Assembly: GCA_965240325.2 (NCBI GenBank)
Contig: OZ251225.1
Coordinates: 1,240,001-1,304,000 of the forward strand
DNA length: 64,000 nt
Source: Rebecca billardiae RCC1528
Taxonomy: Eukaryota; Protista; Haptophyta
Reading direction: 5' to 3'
The translations under genes were made by a program, and so were the position numbers. Positions 43,101 through 56,536 of the stretch are shown here, piece after piece (within the stretch, counting starts at the first letter, position 1; each line of letters starts with the position of its first letter). Below the pieces are notes generated by a model that saw only the letters and a program-made list of their open reading frames with translations, searched no databases and was not told where the DNA came from.

Positions 43101-46100
43101 CCGCCCCCGCCTTCGCCTCCGCCATCGCCGCCACCTTCACCACCGCCGTCGCCTCCGCCGTCGCCACCGCCCAGCCCGCCACCCAGCCCGCCTCCCAGCC
43201 CGCCACCATCGCCCCCGCCACCGTCGCCACCGCCGTCGCCACCGCCGTCACCGCCACCATCGCCGCCGCCGTCGCCGCCGCCGTCGCCGCCGCCTGTGGC
43301 CTCACCAGCCCCGCCGCCGTCGCCGCCGCCATTGCCACCGCCGTCGCCGCCGCCGTCGCCGCCGCCGTCGCCCCCGCCGTCACCGCCACCATCGCCGCCG
43401 CCGAGCCTGCCGCCGAGTCCACCACCTTCGCCACCGCCGAGCCCACCTCCCAGCCCACCGCCGCCGTCGCCACCGCCCTCACCACCACCCTCGCCGCCGC
43501 CTTTGCCGCCACCATCGCCACCGCCCGGCGCGCCGCCGAGCCCTCCGCCCTCGCCGCCGCCGAGCCCACCGCCGAGCCCGCCGCCGCCGTCGCCGCCGCC
43601 CTCGCCGCCACCATCGCCACCGCCGTCGCCGCCACCATCGCCGCCGCCGGGCGCGCCACCATCGCCACCGCCCTCGCCGCCGCCGAGCCCACCGCCCAGC
43701 CCGCCGCCACCATTGCCTCCGCCCTCACCGCCACCCTCGCCGCCGCCGACATCGCCACCATCGCCGCCACCGAGCCCTCCGCCGAGCCCACCACCTTCGC
43801 CGCCGCCGAGCCCACCGCCGAGCCCGCCGCCGCCATTGCCACCGCCCTCGCCGCCGCCATCGCCGCCACCGTCCCCGCCACCGTCGCCGCCACCATCTGC
43901 ACCGCCAAGCCCACCGCCGAGCCCGCCGCCGAGCGCACCGCCGAGCCCACCACCGAGCCCGCCACCCAGCCCGCCTCCGAGCCCGCCGCCGCCATCTCCA
44001 CCACCCTCGCCGCCACCATCACCGCCGCCATCCCCACCGCCGAGCCCGCCACCTTCGCCGCCACCGAGCCCACCACCAAGCCCGCCGCCGCCATCGCCGC
44101 CGCCGTCCCCACCGCCAAGCCCACCGCCGAGCCCGCCGCCGAGCCCACCGCCGAGCCCGCCGCCGCCTTCGCCTCCGCCATCGCCGCCACCTTTGCCACC
44201 ACCGTCGCCTCCGCCGTTGCCACCGCCCAGCCCGCCACCCAGCCCGCCTCCCAGCCCGCCACCATCGCCCCCGCCACCGTCGCCGCCGCCATCGCCCCCG
44301 CCGTCGCCGCCGCCATCGCCGCCGCCGTCGCCGCCGCCGTCGCCGCCGCCTGTGGCCACGCCCGCCCCGCCGCCGTCGCCGCCGCCATTGCCCCCACCGT
44401 CGCCGCCGCCATCACCGCCACCGTCGCCCCCGCCGTCACCGCCACCATCGCCGCCGCCGAGCCCGCCGCCGAGTCCACCACCTTCGCCACCGCCGAGCCC
44501 ACCTCCCAGCCCACCGCCGCCCTCGCCACCGCCCTCACCACCACCCTCGCCGCCGCCTTTGCCGCCACCATCGCCGCCACCCGGCGCGCCGCCGAGCCCT
44601 CCGCCCTCGCCGCCGCCGAGCCCACCGCCGAGCCCGCCGCCGCCGTCGCCGCCGCCCTCGCCGCCACCATCGCCACCGCCGTCGCCGCCACCCTCGCCGC
44701 CGCCGGGCGCGCCACCGTCGCCACCGCCCTCGCCGCCGCCAAGCCCGCCGCCGAGCCCGCCGCCACCATTGCCTCCGCCCTCGCCGCCGCCCTCGCCGCC
44801 GCCGGCATCGCCACCATCGCCGCCGCCATCCCCGCCGCCGAGCCCACCGCCAAGCCCGCCGCCGAGCCCACCGCCAAGCCCGCCACCACCTTCGCCGCCG
44901 CCATCGCCGCCACCGTCGCCGCCGCCGTCACCTCCGCCGGCCCCACCGCCCAGTCCGCCACCCAGCCCGCCACCCAGCCCGCCACCATCGCCGCCGCCGC
45001 CATCGCCCCCGCCGTCACCGCCGCCATCTCCGCCGCCGTCGCCGCCACCGTCGCCACCGCCTGCGGCCACGCCCACCCCGCCGCCGTCACCGCCGCCGTC
45101 GCCCCCACCATCACCGCCGCCGAGCCCGCCGCCGAGCCCGCCACCTTCGCCGCCGCCGAGCCCACCTCCCAGCCCGCCGCCGCCCTCACCGCCGCCCTCA
45201 CCGCCACCCTCGCCACCGCCATCGCCGCCACCGTCGCCGCCGCCCGGGGCGCCTCCTTCGCCACCGCCATCGCCGCCGCCGAGCCCACCGCCGAGCCCGC
45301 CGCCGCCGTCGCCGCCGCCCTCGCCGCCACCATCGCCACCGCCGTCGCCGCCACCCTCGCCGCCGCCGGGCGCGCCACCGTCGCCACCGCCATCGCCGCC
45401 GCCAAGCCCACCTCCGAGCCCGCCACCGCCATTGCCACCGCCCTTGCCACCGCCCTCGCCACCGCCGGCATCGCCACCATCGCCACCGCCATCCCCGCCG
45501 CCGAGCCCACCGCCGAGCCCGCCGCCGAGCCCACCGCCAAGTCCGCCGCCGCCAACGCCTCCGCCCTCGCCGCCACCTTCGCCACCGCCGTCGCCTCCGC
45601 CGTCGCCACCGCCCAGCCCGCCTCCCAGCCCGCCTCCCAGCCCGCCACCATCGCCGCCGCCACCGTCGCCGCCGCCATCGCCCCCGCCGTCACCGCCACC
45701 ATCTCCGCCGCCGTCGCCGCCGCCGTCGCCACCGCCTGCGGCCACGCCCACCCCGCCGCCATCACCGCCGCCGTCACCGCCACCATCACCGCCGCCGAGC
45801 CCGCCGCCGAGCCCACCACCTTCGCCGCCGCCAAGCCCGCCGCCCAGTCCGCCGCCAAGCCCGCCGCCGAGCCCGCCGCCGCCATTGCCACCGCCTTCGC
45901 TGCCGCCGCCCTCACCGCCGCCATCGCCGCCGCCGTCCCTGCCACCATCGCCGCCGCCGAGCCCGCCGCCGGCGCCGCCGCCGCCGCCTCGGACGGAGCC
46001 GTTACCGCCGCCATCGCCGCCCTCGCCGCCGCCCTCGCCGCCGCCCTCGCCGCCGCCCTCGCTGCCACCGAGCCCGCCACCGAGCCCGCCTCCGCCGAGC

Positions 46101-49100
46101 CCACCGCCGAGCCCACCACCGAGCCCACCCCCGAAGCCACCGCCAAGCCCACCGCCGAGCCCGCCGCCGAGCCCGCCGCCGAGCCCGCCGCCAAGCCCGC
46201 CGCCGCCGTCTCCGCCGCCATCACCACCGCCCAGCCCGCCGCCGCCTTCGCCGCCGCCAAGCCCACCGCCAAGCGCACCTCCACGGCCGCCGCCACAACC
46301 GCCGCCCTCACCACCGCCGCTCCCACCTCCGACTCCGCCGCCCTCACCGCCGCCAAGCCCGCCGCCACCGTCACCGCCGCCATCGCCGCCGCCCAGTCCG
46401 CCGCCACCGACACCGCCGCCATCGCCGCCGCCCAGCCCTCCGCCATCGCCTCCTCCGAGTCCAACGCCGCCCATGCCACCGCCGTCACCGCCGCCGAGCC
46501 CGCCACCCGCCCCACCGCCATCACCACCGCCAAGCCCGCCGCCACCGTCACCGCCGCCATCGCCGCCGCCCAGCCCGCCGCCTGTGCCACCGCCGTCACC
46601 GCCGCCATCTCCGCCACCCAGCCCGCCGCCCGTGCCACCGCCCTCGCCACCGCCCACGCCGCCGCCCAGCCCACCGCCCCGGCCGCCGCCGTCACCGCCG
46701 CCATCGCCGCCTCCCAGCCCACCGCCGCCGTCCCCACCGCCGTCACCGCCGCCCAGCCCGCCACCGAGCCCGCCACCGAGCCCGCCCCCGGCGCCGCCGC
46801 CGCCGCCTCGGACGGAGCCGTTACCGCCGCCATCGCCGCCCTCGCCGCCGCCCTCGCCGCCGCCAAGTCCGCCACCGAGCCCGCCGCCGTCTCCGCCACC
46901 TTCACCGCCACCGAGCCCACCACCGAGCCTGCCGCCGTCGCCACCGCCTAGCCCGCCACCCGTGCCACCGCCGTCACCTCCGCCGAGCCCGCCACCGCCA
47001 TCGCCACCGCCGAGCCCGCCGCCCGCGCCACCGCCATCGCCACCGCCCAGCCCGCCACCAAGCCCCCCACCGCCTTCTTCACCACCGTCGCCGCCGCCCT
47101 CGCCGCCTCCATCACCACCGCCGAGTCCGCCACCAAGCCCGCCGCCTTCGCCGCCACCATCGCCACCGCCCAGCCCGCCGCCGAGCCCACCGCCGTCGCC
47201 TCCGCCGAGCCCACCGCCGAGCCCGCCGCCAAGCCCACCCCCAAGCCCGCCCCCAAGCCCGCCCCCCGCATCGCCGCCGTCGCCTCCACCCGTTCCGCCG
47301 CCATCGCCACCACCCTCCCCCCCGCCACCATCGCCGCCACCATCACCGCCACCGTCACCGCCGCCATCGCCGCCGCCCAGCCCGCCGCCTGTGCCACCGC
47401 CGTCACCGCCGCCATCGCCGCCGCCCAGCCCGCCGCCCGTGCCACCGCCGTCACCGCCGCCATCGCCGCCGCCCAGCCCGCCGCCCGTGCCACCGCCGTC
47501 ACCGCCGCCGTCGCCGCCGCCCAGCCCACCGCCCCGACCGCCGCCTTCACCGCCACCATCGCCGCCGCCGCCGTCCCCACCGCCGTCGCCGCCGCCGAGC
47601 GCACCACCGAGCCCGCCGCCAAGCCCACCCCCAAGCCCGCCCCCAAGCCCGCCCCCTGCATCGCCGCCGTCGCCTCCACCCGTTCCGCCGCCATCGCCAC
47701 CACCCTCCCCGCCGCCACCATCGTCGCCACCATCTCCGCCACCGTCACCGCCGCCATCGCCGCCGCCCAGCCAGCCGCCTGTGCCACCGCCGTCACCGCC
47801 GCCATCTCCGCCACCATCCCCACCGCCCTCGCCGCCACCTTCACCGCCTCCAAGCCCACCACCGCCGCCGCCGCCGCCCGCGCCACCACCCTCCCCGCCG
47901 CCGCCGCCGCCGCCGAGCCCGCCGCCCAGCCCACCGCCCAGCACGCCGCCGTCGCCGCCGCCGTCGCCGCCGCCGTCCCCCCCGCCGCCAACGCCCCCGC
48001 CATCGCCGCCACCGGCCCCGCCACCATCGCCGCCGCCGCGTCCCCCACCGTCACCGCCGCCGAGCCCGCCGCCTTCGCCGCCGCCGTCGCCGCCGAGTCC
48101 ACCGCCAAGCCCGCCGCCGAGCCTTCCACCGAGCCCGCCACCCGGACCCCCGCCATCACCGCCTCCGCTGCAACCACCATCTCCGCCGCCGTCGCCGCCG
48201 CCGCGCGCGCCCCCGCTGCCTCCGCCCAGCCCGCCGCCGTCTCCACCGCCGTCGCCGCCGCCATCGCCGCCGCCATCGCCGCCGCCATCACCGCCGCCAC
48301 CGTCGCCACCGCCGAGCCCGCCGCCAAGCCCGCCACCGAGCCCTCCGCCGACCCCGCCTCCCAGCCCACCGCCACCGCCTCGGACGGAGCCGCTGCCACC
48401 ACCGTCGCCGCCCTCTCCGCCACCATCGCCACCGCCGTCGCCGCCACCTTCACCGCCTCCGAGCCCACCACCGCCGTCGCCGCCGCCGTCGCCGCCGCCT
48501 GAAGCGCCGCCCTCGCCGCCACCGTCGCCGCCTCCCAGCCCGCCGCCGCCTTCGCCTCCGCCCTCGCCGCCGCCATCGCCTCCGCCCAACCCGCCGCCGT
48601 CGCCGCCGCCGTCGCCGCCGCCCACGCCGCCACCCTCGCCGCCACCCTCGCCGCCGCCAGCGCCCCCGCCGTCGCCACCACCGAGCCCGCCGCCGCCCTC
48701 GCCGCCGCCCTCGCCGCCGCCCTCGCCGCCGCCCTCGCCGCCGCCGAGCCCGCCGCCAGCGCCGCCGCCGCCGCCCCGCACACTGCCGTTCCCACCGCCC
48801 TCGCCGCCCTCGCCGCCGCCCTCGCCGCCGCCATCGCCGCCGCCATCGCCGCCGCCGAGCCCGCCGCCCCCGAGCCCTCCGCCGTCGCCGCCGCCGCGCC
48901 CACCGCCGTCGCCGCCGCCGTCGCCGCCTCCCATCCCGCCGCCGTCGCCGCCACCCATTGCGCCGCCCAGCCCGCCGCCCAGCCCGCCGCCACCGCTGCC
49001 GCCGCCGCTGCCGCCTCCCGTTCCGCCGCCGTCGCCCCCGCCCTCCCCCCCGCCACCCTCGCCGCCACCATCGCCGCCGCCATCCCCACCGCCCTCGCCG

Positions 49101-50970
49101 CCGCCCGCCTTGCCGCCCTCCCCGCCGCCGAGCCCCCCACCCTCGTCGCCGCCCTCGCCACCGCCGCCTTCGACGCCACCGATGCAGCCGCCGCCGCCGC
49201 CGCGCACAGAGCCGTTCCCGCCGCCGTCGCCTCCGAGCCCGCCTCCGAGCCCGCCTCCGGGCCTGCCGCCGTCGCCGCCGCCGTCGCCACCGCCGCCGTC
49301 GCCGCCACCAAGCCCGCCCCCAAGCAGCCCGCCGCCGCCGGCCCCGCCGCCCCTGCCGCCGCCGAGCCCGCCGCCGAGCCCGCCGCCGCCCATCCTCGGC
49401 TGCATGGACTCTCGCGCGCTCAACTACGACTCGCTGGCGACGCGCTTCGCCCGGGGCACGTGCGTGTACGCCGTGCCCGGCTGCACGGACAGCGCCGCGA
49501 GCAACTACCTGAGCGCGGCCACCACGGATAGCGGCGGCTGCGTGTACGCCGTCCCCGGCTGCATGTCGCCGCGCGCGCTCAACTACGACTCCAGCGCGAC
49601 GGTGCAGGCGTCGTGCACGTTCCCTGTGCGTAGCTGCACCGACTCGCTCGCACTCAACTACCTGTCCGCAGCGAACACGGACGACGGCGGCTGCATCGCC
49701 GCGGTGCTCGGCTGCATGTCCGCCGGAGCGACCAACTTCGACTCGAATGCCACACTGGACAGCGGCGCGTGCGCGTACGCGCGGCTCGGCTGCACCGACT
49801 CGACCGCGCTCAACTACAGGCCGGTCGCGACGGTCGACGACGGCAGCTGCGACGTGCCGACCTACGGCTGCACTGTGCCCTACTCGCCAAACTACGACTC
49901 GAGCGCCACGCACTTCCGCCCCAGCCTCTGCGCGTACGCGCCGCCCGGCTGCACGGACTCGACCGCCTACAACTACAACCGGGGCGCGGGGTTGGACGAC
50001 GGCGGCTGCATCGCGGTGCCGTCGAGGCGGCGGCAGCGCCGGCGGCTGCTCGTCGAGCCGGCCGCATCGGCGGCCCCGCCCGGCCGCGCGCCCAACCGCC
50101 GGCGCCTCGCCGACGGCTGCACCGTGCCGAACGCGACCAACTACGACTCGTCGGCGGACACGGAGGACGGCAGCTGCGTGTTTGCGATTCCCGGCTGCAC
50201 CGCGCCGGGTGCGGAGAACTACAACTCGGCCGCCAACTCGGACGACGGCAGCTGCGTGATCGGCGGCTGCACGGACACGGCCGCACGGAACTACGCGAGC
50301 AACGCGACCTTCCTCGACGGCTCGTGCGTCTTCCCCGTGCCGGGCTGCACCGAGCCGGCCGCGGAGAACTTCGACTCGGACGCGGACGCGGACGACGGCT
50401 CGTGCGTCATCCGCGGCTGCGTCGACTCGACCGCGAGCAACTTCGACTCGAGCGCCACGGCGAACGACGGCAGCTGCGTGCTGCCCGTGAGCGGCTGCAC
50501 CGACTCGCGCGCCGCCAACTACCTGCCGCTCGCCACCGTCGACGACGGCGACTGCGTGCTCTTCGGCTGCACAGACTCGACCGCGCTCAACTTCGACTCG
50601 GAGACGACGGCTGGCGACGGCAGCTGCGTGCTGCCCGTGCCCGGCTGCACCGACTCGACCGCGAGCAACTACCTGGCGCTTGCGACGGTGGACGACGGAG
50701 ACTGTCGGTTCGCGGGCTGCACCGACTCGACCGCGGCGAACTACTGGTCGCAGGCCAACTTCGACGACGGGCTCTGCCAGTATGCGCCGCCGCCCGCGCC
50801 GCCGCCGAGCCCGCCCGCGCCGCCGCCGCCGCCGAGCCAGCCGCCGCCGCCGAGCCCGCCGCCGAGCCCGCCGCCGAGCCCGCCGCCGCCCGGCCCGCCG
50901 CCGAGCCCGCCGCCCTCGCCGCCGCCCTCGCCGCCGCCGGCGCCCTTGGGCGACACCGGAGGGAGCAGCA

Positions 50971-51008
<38 letters not shown>

Positions 51009-52025
51009 ACGACGGCTGCCAGCAACGACCCGTCCCGGGTCGATGAGCCGCCCTCGGCCGTCGAGACGCTCGCCGTGATCATCTGGGCGCCGCTGCTGTG
51101 CTGCTGCCTGGCCGTCACGGCCGCGGTGATCACGCTCTACCTCCGCCGCCACCCGCGCACGCAGCCGCACTTGGGCAGCGGCGACGACCCGATGCTCGCG
51201 GTCGCGCCCACGGGCGTGCGCGCGGGCTCGCCGCTGCTCCGCCCGCTCAGCCCTGGCGGGCCGCGCAGCCCGCTGCGGCGCGGCGACTCGTCCAGCCTGT
51301 ACGAGGTGGACGCCGAGGGCGAGGCGCTGGGCAGCAGCAGGCCGCCGCCGCCCTCGGCCGAGACCCTCGCGCCGCCGCCGCGGGCCGCCAGCCCGCGCGT
51401 CTCATCCGCCTCGTGCGCGAGCACCACCGATGGCGCAGCGTACGCGGCGGGCGCGGACTGGGCGGGTGGTGCGGCCGACGGCGCGTACGGGGGCGGCGGG
51501 GGGCGGGGGGCGCGCTCGCCGCGGCCGCGCGGGGCGGAGCAGGGCGAGGCGCGCTCGCCGCGGCCGCGCGGGATGCCGGCTGCGAGCGGCGGCGTGGACG
51601 CGCCCTGCGTGAGCAGCACAGATCTCGACACTGTCACTGACGCCGAGTACGGCGGCACAGCTGCCGCTCAGAGCGCGCGCTCGCTCCGCTCAGACGAGGC
51701 GGAGACGGTACCGGGGGAGACGCCCCGTGCGGAGGAGGGCGCGGACGGCGGGGCAGACCAGCCCTTCTCAGAGCCATCTCGGCCCGCGCGCTCGCGCAAC
51801 GCGTCGCTGCGGGGCCCGCCACCGGCCGACGCGGGCGCTCCACAGACCACGCCGCCGCGCGGCGCGCGCCCCGCGCCGCCCCCACTCGACGTGCCAGTGG
51901 CTAGGCCAGTGGCTGCGGAGCTGGGGGCGGGGCGCGCGCCGCTGGCCCCAGTGCCGCGGCTGGGCTCAACGGACGACTTCACGAGCGAGGAGGCGCGTAT
52001 GCGCGCACAGACGTACGCCATCTGA
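40179..52025 (+). CDS. Giant (~3,950 aa) extensin-like Ser-Pro glycoprotein with 17 Cys-rich repeats; type I membrane protein
   Basis: Signal-like N-terminus, ~2,900 aa of SPPP/SPPPP, 17 GCTDxxAxN(Y/F)xxxAxxDDGxC repeats, a short Pro stalk, poly-Asp, a TM helix (LAVIIWAPLLCCCLAVTAAVITLYL-RR) and a cytoplasmic tail. Confidence 0.88.
40558..49391 (+). repeat. 8.8-kb coding Ser-Pro3-4 tandem repeat with higher-order duplications
   Basis: AGC/TCG-CCG-CCG-CCG units. Recurrent landmarks GAPPS, VA(S/T)PA/AATPT and RTEP(L/F). Confidence 0.95.
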
Positions 52026-52414
52026 CGCCACGCCGTGACGCCGTGAGTGTGACGCCACGGCTGACACCGGCCCAACTGACATATGTCTCGGGATGGCGGG
52101 CCTGGGCCTGGCAGGTCAGTTCTAAGTACGGTACCTGCTCGTCACGACTGTCTTCAGTCTGACAGCCCAGCCGGATGGGGTACCTCTACTTAGTCGCTGC
52201 GACAGTCTCATGTCGTGACTCTGACTGCCACTGACTCAGTCTGTCTTTGAACTTGAAGTACCCATGGCATAGTTAGTGCACCGCGCCGCCATCGTGCCTT
52301 TAGTCATCACGATGACGTTTCCACCGCCGCTTGAGAAATCAGGTTGTTCACTCGGGGCTCGATCTCACGGCGTGGGTAGGTTGCACGGGTGGCGCCCACG
52401 CCCTCGGCGCCAGC

Positions 52415-55400
52415 ATGTATGGCGCGCGCGCGCTCGAGCGGGACGCGGTGAATCGCCTCCTGGGCGAGCAGCCGCGCGCCGATCGGCGGACGTCGACCGG
52501 CGAGAACGTGCCCTTGCGCCGCGCGGAGAGCCTGCGGTACGCCTCAGCCACCAGCCCGCGCGAGCTGCCGCCCAGCCGCAGCCGCAGCGGCAACCTCGAC
52601 GCCGGCCTGCGCGCGCTCGAGCCGCAGGAGCGGAGGAGGCGAGCGAAGTCGCTCGCCCGCGAGCATGCGAGCATGCAGCTCGAGGCTGGTGGCGAGAGCG
52701 CCGAGCTCGCGCGCAACGAGTACAGGCTGTCGCCGAGGACTGGCGTGGCGATGCAGTCTGCAGGCTGGGGGGCGCCCTCCCCCGAGCACGCGCGCGTGCA
52801 CGCCGACGGCGGCGATGGCGGCGGCGGCGTGCGCGCGTCGACGGCCGACGACGAGCTGGGCGCGACGGGCGGTCCGTCCGCCGGGGCTCACGCCGGCCAC
52901 CGGAACGCCCTCCGCGGCCATCAGCTCGTGTCGTCGCCGCATGCGCACGCGCCTCTGCCGTCCATTCCGACCTCGGCCGAGCCCGCGGCACATGGCGGCG
53001 TCGCCCCGCCTGCGCCGTCGCTGAGGGGCCCGCGCGTCATCGCGGCGCCATACGCACCGGCGTACGCCGGCGCCGGCGCCGGCGCCGGCGCGGGCATGGC
53101 GCCCGCGCACGGCGCGGCGGGCGCTCACGGCTTGCAGCACGGCACGCCCGCCGCGCCCGAGCTGGCTGTCGCTTCGGATTCGAACCTCCTCCCGACGCTG
53201 ATCGTGTTCAACGAGCGGGAGGGCTCGCTCAAGGCGTACCGCCCCGTGTGCGAGTGCCTCCAGGCGTCGCAGCGCCTCGTCGTCGGCTCGCGCATGCTGC
53301 CGAGTGTGCTGGCGGGCCATGGCGGCGCGGGGCCCGCGCCCTCGGCCGGCGGCGCGCGCTCGGTGGGCACGGCGAGCTGGGGCGGGCGCGCGGACGCGGC
53401 GGGCGGGCTGGGCGCGTGCGCGTGCTGCGGCGGCGCGAAGGCGCAGCCGCACGCCCACGCCGCGCCGCAGCCCGCGCGCGTCTCCACCGCCATGGCGAGC
53501 AGCTCGCACGGCGGCGGCGGCGGTGGCGCGGAGGTGGGTGGCGCTCAGCGGCGCGTGGCGCTGGGCCTGGCCACGCAGCTGTGGCTGCTCAAGCACCACA
53601 CAGAGACGGGTACGCGCGGCGTGGGCGCAGGGCTGTGTGTGGGGACGCCCCCCGTGCGCGCTCGCGCTCGCGCCCCCGACCCCTCGCCCCGCGCCTCACC
53701 TCTGCCACCGCCGCCGCGGCCGCCCGCCGCGCCGTCCGCCCGCCGCGCCGTCCGCCCGCCGCGCGCGCCGTCCGCGTGCGCAGGTCGCAAGGGCGTGCCT
53801 CGGAACGCGCTCAAGCTGTACTGCGAGTGCACGCTGGCGGCGCGGGGCCCACCGGCGGGCCCGCTCGGCGCGCGCGTCGCGCGCTCGCGCTGGCGGCACG
53901 GCGCCATCGCCACGCTGTGCAGCGTCGTGCGCGCGCTGTGCGCCGCGCGCCGGCTGCACCGCCGTCTGCGCGCGCTGCTGTCCGCCTCCTCCTGCCCTAC
54001 TCCGGCGTGCCGGCACACGCTCGCGCCGATGTTCGTCGAGCACTTCCTGCAGCTGGTGGGCACGGCAGTCGCGCGCGCGGGCGCCGAGCTCATCGAGCAC
54101 GCGCGCGCCTCCTTCCTCCCCGCCGGCTCGTCGTCCGGCCTGCTCACAGGCGTGGCGCAGCTGTGCGCACGCACGCGCAAGGCGGTGCTGAGGCCGCAGC
54201 AGCACCGCACGGGCGGCGGCGGCGGGCGCGTCGGCGCGGGGTCGGCGGAGGGCGGCGCCGCGTCCGACTCGTCGGAGCTGTGCCTCCCGCTGCACGCGGC
54301 GAACGCCACGTGCCTCGGCGTCGTGCGCATCGTCTCGATCGAGCAGAAGAAGGCCGGGTTCAATCTGCATGAAGTGTACTCGGGCGCGCTCCTCGCCGCG
54401 ATCGCGAGCGCCGCGCTCCACGGGCTGCACGACACGCCGCACGCGCGCACGGCGATGAACCGCAGGTTCGCCGGGCCGTCGGCGGCGGGCCCGCTCAACG
54501 CGCCGTCGGTCTCCGCCTTCGCGCCGCCGCCGCCCCCGAGCGAGGGCGCCGCGCCCGAGGCGCGCGCCTTTGCGATCCCGCCGCGCCTCACGGGCGAGCA
54601 GGACGGTACCCACGTGAGTAATATGGGTACGGCGGGGAGCGCCCCACTGCTCGGCGACGGCGCGGAGCTCGGCGGCGCGTTCGGCCGGCCGCTCGCGTCG
54701 GGGCAGCCCGCGCAGCCGCGCACCGTCGGTGCGCTCGGGCTGAGCGGCACCACCGCCGGCGAACTCGTCAGCGCGCTGCGGCGCTCATCGACGCTCGACC
54801 CGGCGACGATGACGGCGGGCGCGGGCGCGGGCTGCCGCGGCGCGGCGGGCGCGGAGCGCGGGGGCAGCGGCGGGCTCTGGCCCGGCGGGACGGCGCCGTC
54901 CGTCGGCGCCGACGACGCGGAGGGCGGTGCGCACGCGCCTCCGCCAGCCGCGTCCGCCGAGCCGGCGGCACCGCCCCCGGCCGCGTCGCGCGCCGCGGGC
55001 GGCGCCATGGGCTCCAAAACGGCCCGGCAGCACAGTGGCGGCGGCGGCGGCGGGCACAGCGGCGGCGGCGGCGGCGGCGCGGAGGGCGGCGCCGCGCTGC
55101 GTGGGATTGGGGGCTCCGGCACGGAGGTGGGCGCGCGCGGGCTCCTCTCCGCGCGGCAGCGCTGGACGCACGCACGAGACGAGGTGCACGACACTGTTCT
55201 CTATACCACTGGCACGGCGTCTGCGGTCGACGTGGTCGGCGTCCTCGGCGAGGTGGGCTCGGCGGCGCCCGCGCCGGCGCCGAGCGCGGGCGGCTCCGCG
55301 GATGGAGGCGCGGGGGGCGGCGCGGGCGCGACGAGCGCGGGCGCGACGACGGCGCAGCCCGCCGCCGCGCCGGCGCGCTCGAAGCGCAGCGGCCTCGGCA

Positions 55401-56437
55401 GCAGCGCGGCACCGCTCGCGCCGCGGCCGGGCCCGGAGGCCGCCGCCGAGTTGTCCCTGGGTGGCCTCCTCTCGGAGCACACGGCCGCGCTCAGCCTGCT
55501 GGCCAGGCTGGCGCTGTCCGTGCCCACGCGCGGCGTCGAGCCCGCCGTGCCGGACGGCAGCGCGCGCGCGCTCAAGGGCAGGGTGGGCGCGGACCAGGCC
55601 ATGCAGCGAGTCGCCGACAACGTCGCGAGCGAGTGCCGCCAGCTGCTGCGAGCAGGTGCGAGGCGGCGCGCCCCGCCGCGCGCGGCGCGCGCTGTGCGCC
55701 GCGCGCCTCCCCCCCCCGCCGCGCGCGCGCACCCACCGCCACATGCCCGTGCTGTGTGCAGCCTCGCTGCCGGGGTGTGCGCTCTCTGACACGCGCGTCC
55801 TGCCGCGCCGCGCCGCGCCGCGCCGCGCCGCGCAGAGTCGGGCACGTGGCACTGGTTCGACCCGCGCGCAAAGGAGCGCGGCGAGGCCGACGGCGCCGCC
55901 TTCGCCCTCCGCCCGCCCGCGCCCTCGTCGAGCGCGGCCGCGCGTGTCGCTGTCTCGCGCCGCACGGTGCGCGAGGCGTGGCTGACGGCAGGCGAGGCGG
56001 AGGGCGACGGCCCGCTCACGCTCGTCAGCGGCGACGGCAGCGGCGCCGTCGTGCACGGCAGCGCGCTCTGCGTCCCCGTGACTGACGGGCGCGGCTCCGT
56101 CCTCGCCGTCCTCGAGCTGCGCAACAAGTTGGCCCGAGCCGCGGACGACGAGGCGGCGGCCGCCACAGACGCGAGCGAGCGTGGCCGCGCGGCCGGCCGA
56201 CGGTCTGCCGCCGCCGGCGGCGCGGCGGATGCCGCCGGCGCGGCGGATGCGGTGCAGGCGCTGCCCGCGGTGGTTGGCTTCACCGCCGCCGACGCGATGA
56301 TGCTCGAGACAGTCCTCTCCATCGCGGCGCACACGCTTGCACTCAACGACCGGCGCCACCGCCCTCCGCCACCGCCGCCGCAGCCATCGGCAGGCGCGGG
56401 CGCAAACGGCGGCAGCAGCAAGCAGTCGTACTCGTAG
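52415..56437 (+). CDS. GAF-domain protein, at least 3 exons
   Basis: Predicted introns 53610-53783 and 55656-55835 link ORFs 52331 and 55967. GAF motifs ELCLPL..CLGVVRIV..GFNLHE and SALCVPV..VLAVLELRNK..GFTAAD. Confidence 0.72.
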
Positions 56438-56536
56438 CATCAGCACGCGGCCGATCGATGCAGGCATGCACTTGCAGCCTGAGCCTGCTGCTTGTTTATG
56501 ATGATCGTTTATTCCTAGCGCATTGATGATCAGAGC

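Noticed and set aside
40234-49512. 2962-aa Gly-rich, 2985-aa Arg/His-rich and Ala-rich ORFs
   Set aside because: Antisense and alternate-frame shadows of the Ser-Pro repeat. Only the 40179 frame has a signal peptide, domains and a TM helix.
1508-52025. A cell-surface glycan gene cluster (GH, SIS, FPGT, extensin)
   Set aside because: The genes are tens of kb apart and interspersed with unrelated genes. There is no sequence evidence of co-regulation.
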